Assembly (NCBI GenBank): GCA_050948785.1
Contig: JBMNEM010000006.1
Coordinates: 7,313 to 71,312, forward strand
From: Dethiobacteria bacterium
Lineage (GTDB): Bacteria > Bacillota > Dethiobacteria > DTU022 > UBA8154
DNA: 64,000 nucleotides
Direction: 5' to 3'
Part shown: in pieces, positions 29,021 through 37,737 of the stretch
How positions within the stretch are numbered: position 1 is the stretch's first letter
How the letters are laid out: each line of letters starts with the position of its first letter
The notes under the pieces: generated by a model
Told to the model about the DNA's origin: nothing
The model's database searches: none
The model's input: only the letters and a program-made list of their open reading frames with translations
Position numbers and translations under genes: made by a program

Positions 29021-29840
29021 TTAAAATTTTACTGGCTACTTCTTCCACCGCCTTGTTGGTAACATCAAAAATCTTACACTGCAGGCGGCGCATGATCCGG
29101 CGTGAATAATCCAGCTCCTCCATAATTCTCTCCAGATCTGCATAATCAGCTTGGGCTTTTAATCCCAAGGCATTTAATCTCTCCTGGCGGATTTCCCGCA
29201 AAATAATGGGATCAAGAATTAAACCGATTACTTTACGGGAGGAAAGCCAGAAAAGTTCCGGCGGCGGTTCTACCTCCGGAACCAGAGGCAGATTTGCCAC
29301 CCGTAGTTTACGACCGGCCAGATACATACTCAAGGGGGTTTTAGAAGTACGTGACACCCCAATGAGCACAACATCCGCCAGCATCAAACCGCGGGGGTCT
29401 TTACCATCGTCGTACTTAACGGCAAATTCGATTGCTTTCACCCGGCGAAAATAATCCTCATCCATGCGGCGGATCAAACCTGGTTCCAGCCGGGGATCTT
29501 TAGGCAAAATTTTGGAAAAAGAATCCAGCATGGGACCCATGAGATCAACAATGGGCAGATTATATTTCTTTGCTTCCTCTATGATGGCCTGCCTTAACTG
29601 AGGCAAAACAAGTGTATAGGCAATCATGCCTTTACGCTCAGCTGCTTCCCGGACTACTTTCTGCAGGCGCTCCACATTGGATAAAAACGGCTCCCGTTGC
29701 AGCTCTACCTGACCGGAATTAAACTGGCTGGCCACAGCTTTAACCACAAATTCAGCTGTTTCTCCGGTAGAGTCGGAAACAATATAAACAAGCGGTTTAC
29801 CTTCTTTCGGCAATTCCAGGAAACACCTCCTTGCCTGCAA
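28983..29840 (-). CDS. Pyruvate, phosphate dikinase regulatory protein (PDRP, DUF299, YqfL-like kinase/phosphotransferase)
   Basis: 'LVYIVSDSTGETAEFVVKA' and P-loop-like 'GVSRTSKTPLSMYLA'. Confidence 0.85.
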   Translation of the reverse strand: MQARRCFLELPKEGKPLVYIVSDSTGETAEFVVKAVASQFNSGQVELQREPFLSNVERLQKVVREAAERKGMIAYTLVLPQLRQAIIEEAKKYNLPIVDLMGPMLDSFSKILPKDPRLEPGLIRRMDEDYFRRVKAIEFAVKYDDGKDPRGLMLADVVLIGVSRTSKTPLSMYLAGRKLRVANLPLVPEVEPPPELFWLSSRKVIGLILDPIILREIRQERLNALGLKAQADYADLERIMEELDYSRRIMRRLQCKIFDVTNKAVEEVASKILNVVKEAKEIEHS

Positions 29841-29858
29841 TTTCTACTTAATCATATT

Positions 29859-31997
29859 CTACTTTGATAAAAAATAATCCTCTGTTAATTTATTTAACAT
29901 GCGGGAGGGAAAGGTTATTTTAGAAAAATCAGCCAGCTGCAGGTAAAGGTTTTTTATTGCCAGTAAAAAAGCCAGCCTGTTGTTGCGGATCCTTTCATCC
30001 TCGATCATCACCAGTACTTCCTCAAAAAATAAATCCAAAGGGGTTTTCAAGGAAGCCAGGGCCGCCAGCATTTCCTCCAAATCGTTTACGGCAACGCCGG
30101 CTTCAACTCTTTTCCTGGTGCGGATATACTGCTGGTAAAGCTTTTTTTCACCTTCCTCCTGAAAAAGCTCTTCCGTTAATTCGATCCCGGGCCTGGCCTG
30201 CCGGGCCAAATTGGCTACTCTGACATAGGCGGCTGCCGCCAGGGCCAGGTTTTCACTCTGGCGATTTTTCTGTAAAAAGCTAACCCGCTGCCAGAGAAGC
30301 GCAATTTGCTCCAGGGGTATATGCAGGACAGCCTCGATCAGATCGTAATCCATGCCCTTTTCCTGAAAAAGATAGCGGAGCCTTTGCCAGGCAAACTCCT
30401 TGATCTGGGCAAGCAGCTCCTTCTGTGGCAAATCCTGCAAGTTTTTATTTTCCTCATACAAGCGGCTTAAAGCCTGTCCGAGCAGCTCCCCAAAATTCAA
30501 AGGGAAACCCTGCTCCAAGAGTATCTGTAAAAGTCCCAGACATTGACGCCTTAGCGCATAGGGATCCTGTGACCCGGTCGGGCGTATCCCCAGGGCAAAA
30601 AAAGCGGCCAGGTGATCCGCTTTGTCCGCGAGAGCCACAAGGGCTCCCGGCCTGGTGCGGGGAAGGCGATCCCCGGCAAAACGGGGCAGGTAATGTTCAA
30701 AAACAGCCGCGGCGACAGCCTCCTCTTCTCCGGAGTGGAGAGCATATTCTTTGCCCATGCTCCCTTGAAGCTCCGGAAATTCTCCCACCATGCCGGTGGC
30801 CAGATCCGCTTTGCAAAGATAGGCAGCCCGGAGGGCAGCCTTTTTATCCCCGGCGTTAAAATCCAGCCGCTCCGCCAGGAATTGGCAGGCAGCTACCAAG
30901 CGTCTTGTTTTTTCATAAAGAGAGCCCAATCCCTCCTGAAAAAGGATCCTCTTCAGCTTTTCCACTTTACTTTCCAGGGAGGTTTTTAAATCCTCTGTAT
31001 AAAAAAAGCGTGCATCGGCCAGCCGGGCTTTCAAAACTCTTTCATTGCCGCTCCGGACGATAACCGCAGGTGCAGCGCTATTGTTGGAAACAACAACAAA
31101 GAAAGAACAGATTTGCCCCTGCAGGTCCTCAACGGGAAAATAGCGCTGGTGGCTCTGCATCGTCGTAACCAGAACTTCCCGGGGTAGCTGGAGATAATTT
31201 TCCGGGAAGGAACAAAGTAAAACCTCCGGTTTTTCGACAAGAAACGTAACCTCCTCCAGCAAAACCGGGTCAATATGGGCCTTCAGCCCCTGTTCCGCAG
31301 CAGCCGCTTGCACTTTTTCGGTAATTATTTGCCTCCGGCGTTCCGGATCAACCAGCACCCCGGCTTCCTCTATAGCGGAGAAATAATGCGCCGGCTCTTT
31401 GATCACCAGCGGCCCCGGTTTCAAAAAACGGTGCCCCCTGGTTTGATTACCGGCCTTTAACCCGCCATAGGTAAAGGGGATCACCTCGGTCCCGTATAAG
31501 CAAAGGAACCAGCGTATCGGCCGGGGAAATCTAATCTTGTTTTCTCCCCAGAACATATTCTTGGGAAAGGTAAGATCTTTAACTAAATTTGGCAGGAGCT
31601 CTATTAAAACCTCTGCTGTTTTTTCCCCGGCAACTTTTTTTATGGCGAAGAGATGTTCACCCTTTTCCGTTTTTTCAATGCTCAGCTCTTCTACCTTCAG
31701 GCCCAGCCTGCCGGCAAACCCCAGGGCGGCCTTTGTAGGGTTCCCTTCCGGGTCAAAAGCCACATGCCGCGCCGGCCCCCTGATTTTTTCTTCTTTACTG
31801 CGCTGTTCCCCGGCCAGATCCTTGACTAGTAGAACCAGACGGCGCGGGGTGCCAAAAGTCAAAACATTTCCGCAATCCAGGCGGTGTTCCTGGAAAAGCT
31901 TTTCAGCTTTTTCCTGCAGCTGTTTTAATCCTCCGGGCATAAAGCGTGCCGGAATTTCCTCAGTACCGATTTCCAATAATAAATCATGCACAACCAT
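29859..31997 (-). CDS. glyS: Glycine--tRNA ligase beta subunit
   Basis: 712 aa, 'LLEIGTEEIPARFMP' N-terminus typical of GlyS. Confidence 0.9.
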   Translation of the reverse strand: MVVHDLLLEIGTEEIPARFMPGGLKQLQEKAEKLFQEHRLDCGNVLTFGTPRRLVLLVKDLAGEQRSKEEKIRGPARHVAFDPEGNPTKAALGFAGRLGLKVEELSIEKTEKGEHLFAIKKVAGEKTAEVLIELLPNLVKDLTFPKNMFWGENKIRFPRPIRWFLCLYGTEVIPFTYGGLKAGNQTRGHRFLKPGPLVIKEPAHYFSAIEEAGVLVDPERRRQIITEKVQAAAAEQGLKAHIDPVLLEEVTFLVEKPEVLLCSFPENYLQLPREVLVTTMQSHQRYFPVEDLQGQICSFFVVVSNNSAAPAVIVRSGNERVLKARLADARFFYTEDLKTSLESKVEKLKRILFQEGLGSLYEKTRRLVAACQFLAERLDFNAGDKKAALRAAYLCKADLATGMVGEFPELQGSMGKEYALHSGEEEAVAAAVFEHYLPRFAGDRLPRTRPGALVALADKADHLAAFFALGIRPTGSQDPYALRRQCLGLLQILLEQGFPLNFGELLGQALSRLYEENKNLQDLPQKELLAQIKEFAWQRLRYLFQEKGMDYDLIEAVLHIPLEQIALLWQRVSFLQKNRQSENLALAAAAYVRVANLARQARPGIELTEELFQEEGEKKLYQQYIRTRKRVEAGVAVNDLEEMLAALASLKTPLDLFFEEVLVMIEDERIRNNRLAFLLAIKNLYLQLADFSKITFPSRMLNKLTEDYFLSK

Positions 31998-32029
31998 TTA
32001 TTCACCGTCCATCGTAAAGTTATTCCCCT

Positions 32030-32896
32030 CTAACTCCCGGAAACTTTCATTAAAGAATCCCGTTGCCCCAGGTAATGCCTTCCACACTGCCGGGCCAGCT
32101 CCCTGATGCGGGCAATATAGCCGGTTCGCTCCGTAACACTGATCGCCCCGCGGGCATCAAGCAGATTAAAAACATGCGAACACTTTAAAACATAGTCATA
32201 AGCAGGTAAAACGAGTTCTTTTCCCAGGACCCGCTTTGCTTCTTTTTCATAAAGTGTAAACAGCTCCAGAAGTAAAGAAGTATCCGCCTCCTCAAAGCTG
32301 TAACAGGAATGCTCCTGTTCCGCACTTTGGAAAACATCACCATATTTTACCTGCGGTGTCCACTGCAGATCAAAAACATTGTCACATTTTTGTATAAACA
32401 TGGCAATACGCTCCAGGCCATAAGTCAACTCTACGGGGACAATTTCCAAATCAAAACCCGCCACCTGCTGGAAATACGTAAACTGGGTGATCTCCATCCC
32501 ATCCAGCCAGATTTCCCAGCCCAGACCCCAAGCTCCCAGGGTCGGGGATTCCCAATCATCTTCGACAAAACGAATGTCGTGTTCCTGTCGATCTATTCCC
32601 AGATGAAAAAGACTTTCCAGATAAAGATCCTGAATGTCCGCCGGAGCCGGCTTAAGAATAACCTGGTATTGAAAATGTTGATAAAGGCGGTTGGGGTTTT
32701 CCCCGTAACGCCCGTCTGCCGGGCGGCGCGAGGGCTCCACATAGGCCACCTTCCAAGGCTCCGGTCCCAGTGCCCGCAAAAAAGTGGCCGGATTCATCGT
32801 TCCGGCACCCTTTTCAATATCATAAGGCTGCCAGAGCAGGCACCCTTTCCCTACCCAAAAATCTTGCAAACTAAGAATCAACTCCTGAAAAGTCAT
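32030..32896 (-). CDS. glyQ: Glycine--tRNA ligase alpha subunit
   Basis: '[48 protein letters not shown]'; start set at the ATG 32894-32896 with GGAGG RBS. Confidence 0.9.
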   Translation of the reverse strand: MTFQELILSLQDFWVGKGCLLWQPYDIEKGAGTMNPATFLRALGPEPWKVAYVEPSRRPADGRYGENPNRLYQHFQYQVILKPAPADIQDLYLESLFHLGIDRQEHDIRFVEDDWESPTLGAWGLGWEIWLDGMEITQFTYFQQVAGFDLEIVPVELTYGLERIAMFIQKCDNVFDLQWTPQVKYGDVFQSAEQEHSCYSFEEADTSLLLELFTLYEKEAKRVLGKELVLPAYDYVLKCSHVFNLLDARGAISVTERTGYIARIRELARQCGRHYLGQRDSLMKVSGS

Positions 32897-32911
32897 GCCA
32901 ACACCTCCTTC

Positions 32912-33140
32912 AAAAATAAAAAAACCCTCCATTTAGGGACGGGAATAGTCTTTCCCGCGGTTCCACCCTATTTCCCATGAAGGGCTCTCTTCCCTGGGGT
33001 ATGGTTTTCGGAAGGCCTTTCGCCCGGCTGGCCCGGCCGGGTTTCCACCCACCCCGGCTCTCTGAAGCGGACTGACAATGCCTGGCTACTTTTTCCAAAC
33101 CTGCAGCGGTTCATTTTTCTATTTCTATTCTAAAATTAAC
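32912..33140 (-). promoter_or_regulatory. T-box riboswitch leader of glyQS (expected glycine specifier)
   Basis: Minus-strand sequence AAATAGGGTGGAACCGCGGGAAAG (plus-strand 32954-32973 reverse complement) matches the T-box consensus AAUUAGGGUGGNACCGCG; AGAGAG stem-I motif upstream; terminator hairpin plus U-run (plus-strand 32911-32940) just before the glyQ RBS. Confidence 0.7.
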
Positions 33141-33206
33141 AAAAAAACAAGGGGAAGTCAAGATGCAGAAAAGAGTTTGTGTGATTTATGGCAAAAATAC
33201 AGCAAT

Positions 33207-33569
33207 TTAGCGCCACTCTACCTCCAGAGAACAACGGGCCAGGAGTAAACCCAGCATACTTAGAGAGGCCAGGCGAGGAAAAGCAGCTGTGCCGAAGATA
33301 CCAAGGACAAGTGGGACTCGAAACAACGTGCCTCCCGGCCGATTCACTTTAATCTTGATCTCTTTGCTTTTTTTCAGGATCCTTGACCAGATGCGGCCTC
33401 TTTTCCTGCGGGAAGTAAAAATGATCCTGCCTTCCTCTTCTAAAATAACCAGGGCTTGGAGAAGATCGCCTCCTGTCTTTTCCAACAGTTCGGCAGCTTT
33501 TTTGTAGCTTAAACCAGCTTTTCCGCTTAACATCTCTACCTGTTCCAGTGTTGCCGGCATATTAAACAA
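33207..33569 (-). CDS. Hypothetical protein with UBA-like N-terminal domain
   Basis: 120 aa; 'LEQVEMLSGKAGLSYKKAAELLEKTGGDLLQALVILEEEG' resembles UBA/EF-Ts-N-type helical domains; basic middle, hydrophobic C-terminus. Confidence 0.35.
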   Translation of the reverse strand: MFNMPATLEQVEMLSGKAGLSYKKAAELLEKTGGDLLQALVILEEEGRIIFTSRRKRGRIWSRILKKSKEIKIKVNRPGGTLFRVPLVLGIFGTAAFPRLASLSMLGLLLARCSLEVEWR

Positions 33570-33614
33570 TTCCTTTCAAATTTAATCCAACTCTCCTTTA
33601 TTCTGTGACATTAT

Positions 33615-34406
33615 TTAACTTTTATCCCTGGAATAATTGTTAATTTCCTCCAAAAAGGAAAGGCCCTGCAAGGAGCCGGCAGAAGTCCAGTACTGTAAAA
33701 ATTGCCCGATAAAAAGTTGCAGCTCTTTTTTTTGTTCTACTCCCGCCTTGATGTTCCGGGTTTTCGCCGGCCTTAAACCCAACAGGTGGTTAGCCAGAGC
33801 CAGCGTGCCTCTGGAAAGGGTGAAAACCTCCCCTTCACGGGGACGGCACCGTTCACAAAGAATTCCCCCGGCACTATTATTCCAAAAAAAGGGGCCCTGC
33901 TCATCCCCACAATAAAGACAGCCCGTTAAATGAGGGCGATAACCAAGCAGCGAGAGCAGCTTTAATTCAAAGAACCGTGCCAGGATTTCCCCGTCAACAT
34001 TTTTTTCGTCTAGACAGGACCAGCACTCTAATAGAAGATTAAAGATGGCCGGGGAGGGCTCCCCTTCTTCCACCAGCTTTTCCACAAGTTCACAAAGATA
34101 CATCCCGTAGGCATAAGCCTTGACATCTCTCCTGATCTGCACAAAACTTGTCTCGATTTCCAGCTGGGTTACCGTATACAAGGATTTGCCCCTGTACAAT
34201 AAAAAAAATCCGCAAGTAAAATAATCCACTCCCGCTGCCAGCCTGCTTTTGACCTTACGGGCACCGGGGGCGACAGCAGCCAGCTTGCCCCGCTCCCAGG
34301 TTAAAAGGCTTAAAAGCCGGTCTCTTTCCCCCAAGGGGCGGGAGCGTAAGATAAGCGCCCTGGTCTTTAAGAGCTTCAACAGCCTTATTCCTCCCTCTGG
34401 CACCAA
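33615..34406 (-). CDS. recO: DNA repair protein RecO
   Basis: OB-fold N-terminus, C-terminal zinc motif 'CLYCG...CERC'. Confidence 0.85.
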   Translation of the reverse strand: MVPEGGIRLLKLLKTRALILRSRPLGERDRLLSLLTWERGKLAAVAPGARKVKSRLAAGVDYFTCGFFLLYRGKSLYTVTQLEIETSFVQIRRDVKAYAYGMYLCELVEKLVEEGEPSPAIFNLLLECWSCLDEKNVDGEILARFFELKLLSLLGYRPHLTGCLYCGDEQGPFFWNNSAGGILCERCRPREGEVFTLSRGTLALANHLLGLRPAKTRNIKAGVEQKKELQLFIGQFLQYWTSAGSLQGLSFLEEINNYSRDKS

Positions 34407-34439
34407 ACAGCAAATTGCTTTTATTTTTTATCCGAATTT

Positions 34440-35321
34440 CTACCCGTAGCCAAATTGGTGAAGGCTGCCTTCCTTGCGGCGCCAATCCTTTTTAACCTTT
34501 ACCCAAAGGTTTAGATACAGCGGATTACCTAAAATCTTTTCCAGCTCCAAACGGGCCTCTGTACCAATTTCTTTGAGCATACGGCCATTTTTGCCAATAA
34601 GAATCATTTTCTGTGATTCTTTCTCCACGTAAATCACAGCCTGGATATCCAGTAAATTCCTGCCTTCACGTAATTTCATGCTCTCAACCTCTACAGCTAC
34701 GGAATAGGGTACTTCCTCCCGGGTCTTCAGGATAATTTTCTCCCTGATGATCTCCCCGACCAAAAATTCTTGCGGACGATCAGTCGAAAACTCCGGTGGG
34801 TAGTAAAGGGGGCCTTGGGGCAGGACCCGCACAATTTCCTCCAATAGCGGTTCCAAATTATTTCCCTGCAGGGCAGTAACCAAAAAATGCTTTTTAAAGG
34901 CATAAAGATGCAGGTACAGGGGCAGCCATTGTTCCGTAAAAACCGGGGAAGCCAGATCTATTTTATTGGCAACCAGAAAAACAGGTGTGTCCAGATTACG
35001 CAATAAAGAAGCTATATACCTGTCTCCCCGGCGAGGCGGGCAAGTGGCTTCCACCACAAAGAGAAGCAGTTCCACTCCTTGCAGGGCCTCCCGGGCCACC
35101 TTGACCATATAAGCGCCCAGCTTGTGTTTGGGTTTATGAATGCCCGGTGTATCTAAAAATACAATCTGGGCCTTTGGTGTCGTCAGAATAGCATGGATAC
35201 GATTTCTAGTTGTTTGGGGTTTGTCAGAAACAATCGATACCTTTTTACCCAGGAAAGAATTGATCAGCGTTGACTTGCCCACATTGGGGCGTCCTATTAC
35301 GGAAACAAAACCCGATTGCAT
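34440..35321 (-). CDS. era: GTPase Era
   Basis: 'GFVSVIGRPNVGKSTLIN', 'DTPG', 'NKID', C-terminal KH domain. Confidence 0.9.
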   Translation of the reverse strand: MQSGFVSVIGRPNVGKSTLINSFLGKKVSIVSDKPQTTRNRIHAILTTPKAQIVFLDTPGIHKPKHKLGAYMVKVAREALQGVELLLFVVEATCPPRRGDRYIASLLRNLDTPVFLVANKIDLASPVFTEQWLPLYLHLYAFKKHFLVTALQGNNLEPLLEEIVRVLPQGPLYYPPEFSTDRPQEFLVGEIIREKIILKTREEVPYSVAVEVESMKLREGRNLLDIQAVIYVEKESQKMILIGKNGRMLKEIGTEARLELEKILGNPLYLNLWVKVKKDWRRKEGSLHQFGYG

Positions 35322-35355
35322 AAACCTACCCCTTTGCCAAATACCTCATTATTTA

Positions 35356-35739
35356 TCATGATCCCTTAAACGGATAAGGTAACAGCTCCTCCAGGTTAAA
35401 AATCAGGGGTTCCCCTTCTTCCCCGGCAACGACCACCTTCAGTTTCCGGGAAAACTCCCCCAGAACCTGGCGGCAGGCACCGCAAGGCAAAGGTTTACTC
35501 TCACCATCTGCAGCAATAGCAAGCAGGGAAAAAGAGCGATAACCGGCAGCAACGGCGGCCGAGAGTGCAACTCTTTCCGCACAGATGGTTAATCCTAAAG
35601 AAGCGTTTTCGATATTCACCCCTTTGAATATCTCCCCTTCTGTGGTCAGCAGAGCAGCTCCTACCCGGTAGTCGGAATACGGAGCATAGGCAAAGGGCAG
35701 CATCTCCCGGGCCAATCTGAGCAGTCTTTGTACATCCAT
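35356..35739 (-). CDS. cdd: Cytidine deaminase
   Basis: 'CAERVALSAAVAAG ... PCGACRQVL' zinc-binding CDA motifs; 127 aa. Confidence 0.9.
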   Translation of the reverse strand: MDVQRLLRLAREMLPFAYAPYSDYRVGAALLTTEGEIFKGVNIENASLGLTICAERVALSAAVAAGYRSFSLLAIAADGESKPLPCGACRQVLGEFSRKLKVVVAGEEGEPLIFNLEELLPYPFKGS

Positions 35740-35759
35740 TTAAAATCTTCCTCCTGCCG

Positions 35760-36806
35760 CTAACTCCGGAACTGGGGAAGCTTAACATTCTCTTTTTTTT
35801 CAATTTCCACACGAAAATTACGATGAAATTCCAAAGAAAAGCGGATAATGTCCAGACCGCTGGTCAGAACATCAGCATCCCCTACCGCTTCAATAACCAC
35901 AGGATTGGCCGGTATCTCCTTCTGGTTTACCCGGATCACCGGGCCTACACAGCGGAGCGGTGAAGTGGCAATCAGACGCTGCCCGCCTACGGCCACTCCT
36001 TTCGCGCCCGCAGCAAAGAGCTCATTTACCACATCACGGACATCGGTATCGTGGATAAGATCGCCGGCGCTATAACCGTCCTGGGCATCATAAAGCTTGA
36101 TCACCACCCCCGGGCCGGACATCTCTGCCAGGCCGGCAGCAACCCGCAGCTCGTGCATACTGACTCGTAAGGAATCCAGCTCTTCACTCAGAGCCTGAAC
36201 ATAATCAAGAGGGTCATAGGGAACCAGCATGCGGCTGCGGCCTTCTTCCGCCTCAATACGGAAAACCCGCTCCGGAGCCATGCCTCCTTCAAGGTAAATA
36301 TTTAAAATTTCTTTTAACGAATCCTCATGCAAAACCGGCGGATCCGCAACAACCCCGTTGCTGGAGGAAACCCGCAGGGTAAACTGGATTTTTCCCGGTT
36401 GTCTCTGTAAGTTTTTGTCCCGATCAATGAGCACTAAAATTTTCTCCCGTAAAAGAGCATCCCATTCTTTCAGTATAGTTTCCTGGACCTGGCGTCCATG
36501 GGTAAAAAGCAGGCTCGACAGTTCATCACCGTCTTTGGCCAGATCAAGCTCATAACAAAAAGTGGCCAGTTTTTCCTTGACGGAAGCACGATCCTGCACC
36601 CCCAAATCCTGTGCCAGACGCTTGTTGTACTCTACTATATCTTCGATCATCACTTGCTTGGGGGCAAAACTGTCATTTTTATCCGTAAACTGTATGTAAA
36701 GGAAGTTAAGGCTCAGCCCCACAAGAACCGTGTTGAAAATTAGGATTATGGCCACCAGGATCAGCATTTTATTGTCGACAACGACATAGCCGGAACCCGG
36801 TTTCAT
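35760..36806 (-). CDS. DUF881-family membrane-anchored protein
   Basis: Start set at ATG 36804-36806 (RBS GGAGGGGGAG) rather than the longer ORF overlapping dgkA; N-terminal TM; C-terminal 'DVVNELFAAGAKGVAVGGQRLIATSPLRCVGPVIRVNQKEIPANPVVIEAVGDADVL' resembles the DUF881 signature. Confidence 0.5.
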   Translation of the reverse strand: MKPGSGYVVVDNKMLILVAIILIFNTVLVGLSLNFLYIQFTDKNDSFAPKQVMIEDIVEYNKRLAQDLGVQDRASVKEKLATFCYELDLAKDGDELSSLLFTHGRQVQETILKEWDALLREKILVLIDRDKNLQRQPGKIQFTLRVSSSNGVVADPPVLHEDSLKEILNIYLEGGMAPERVFRIEAEEGRSRMLVPYDPLDYVQALSEELDSLRVSMHELRVAAGLAEMSGPGVVIKLYDAQDGYSAGDLIHDTDVRDVVNELFAAGAKGVAVGGQRLIATSPLRCVGPVIRVNQKEIPANPVVIEAVGDADVLTSGLDIIRFSLEFHRNFRVEIEKKENVKLPQFRS

Positions 36807-36838
36807 CTCTAAAACAGCTCCCCCTCCGTAAATAATAC

Positions 36839-37201
36839 TTAATGGAGATCTTTTAACCTGTCGGCGAAAACGATATAGCCAACAACAAGTGCAAATAAAG
36901 CTGCACATAAAACCGCACCGGCCGCCACATTTTTAGCCAGGCGCGCCAGCGGGTGAAATTCTTCTGTTTTCAGATCAACGGCGGCCTCCAAAGCCGTATT
37001 CAACATTTCAGCAATCAGGACCAGCGCGATAGCTGTGAGCACAAAAAGAAGTTCAAGCCTTTCCACTTTAAAATAAAAAGAAGCCGCCAGGGCGATTATG
37101 GCACTGATTAAATGCAGTTTCATATTTTTTTCCCTGCGCAGGGCACAAAAGATACCCTGCAAAGCATCCATCAAGCTGCGTATAAATTGTTTGCGTTTCA
37201 T
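36839..37201 (-). CDS. dgkA: Diacylglycerol/undecaprenol kinase DgkA
   Basis: 120 aa, 3-TM, 'NTALEAAVD' motif. Confidence 0.8.
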   Translation of the reverse strand: MKRKQFIRSLMDALQGIFCALRREKNMKLHLISAIIALAASFYFKVERLELLFVLTAIALVLIAEMLNTALEAAVDLKTEEFHPLARLAKNVAAGAVLCAALFALVVGYIVFADRLKDLH

Positions 37202-37290
37202 AACTCCATCATCCTGTAAAAGGCTTTCAGAATTTCATTGCTTTTCCTGTCAGGCAGCTCCCTCTTCGGGTTAAGACAAATTCCCACTTT

Positions 37291-37737
37291 TCACAGTTTA
37301 AATTTTTTAAGAACCAGTTCTTTCTTTGCCAACATCTCTTGTTCCGCTTCTTTTGTTTCATGATCGTATCCCAGTAAGTGCAGTATACCATGTATCGCCA
37401 GGAATGCAATCTCCCGCCGCAACGTATGTCCGTAAACTTGGGCCTGCTCCTGCGCTTTTTCCACAGAGATAACGACATCACCGAGAATTTTTTCCTCTTC
37501 CAGTGCAGTGGTGTTATCTTGCAAGTTAAAAGCCAAAACATCGGTCGGACAATCATCACCCCTGTAAGTAAAATTTAATTCCTGAATATAGCCGTTGTCT
37601 ACAAGAATAATACTGACCTCACATTCCTGAGACTGCCCTTCCAATCGCAAAATTAAATTACCCACCTCTTCCAGCAAAAATAACTGATCCGCTGAAATTT
37701 CAATAATATCCTGTATATTAGTAACCAGAACTGCCAC
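37291..37737 (-). CDS. ybeY: rRNA maturation endoribonuclease YbeY
   Basis: 'HGILHLLGYDHE' zinc-binding motif. Confidence 0.9.
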   Translation of the reverse strand: MAVLVTNIQDIIEISADQLFLLEEVGNLILRLEGQSQECEVSIILVDNGYIQELNFTYRGDDCPTDVLAFNLQDNTTALEEEKILGDVVISVEKAQEQAQVYGHTLRREIAFLAIHGILHLLGYDHETKEAEQEMLAKKELVLKKFKL

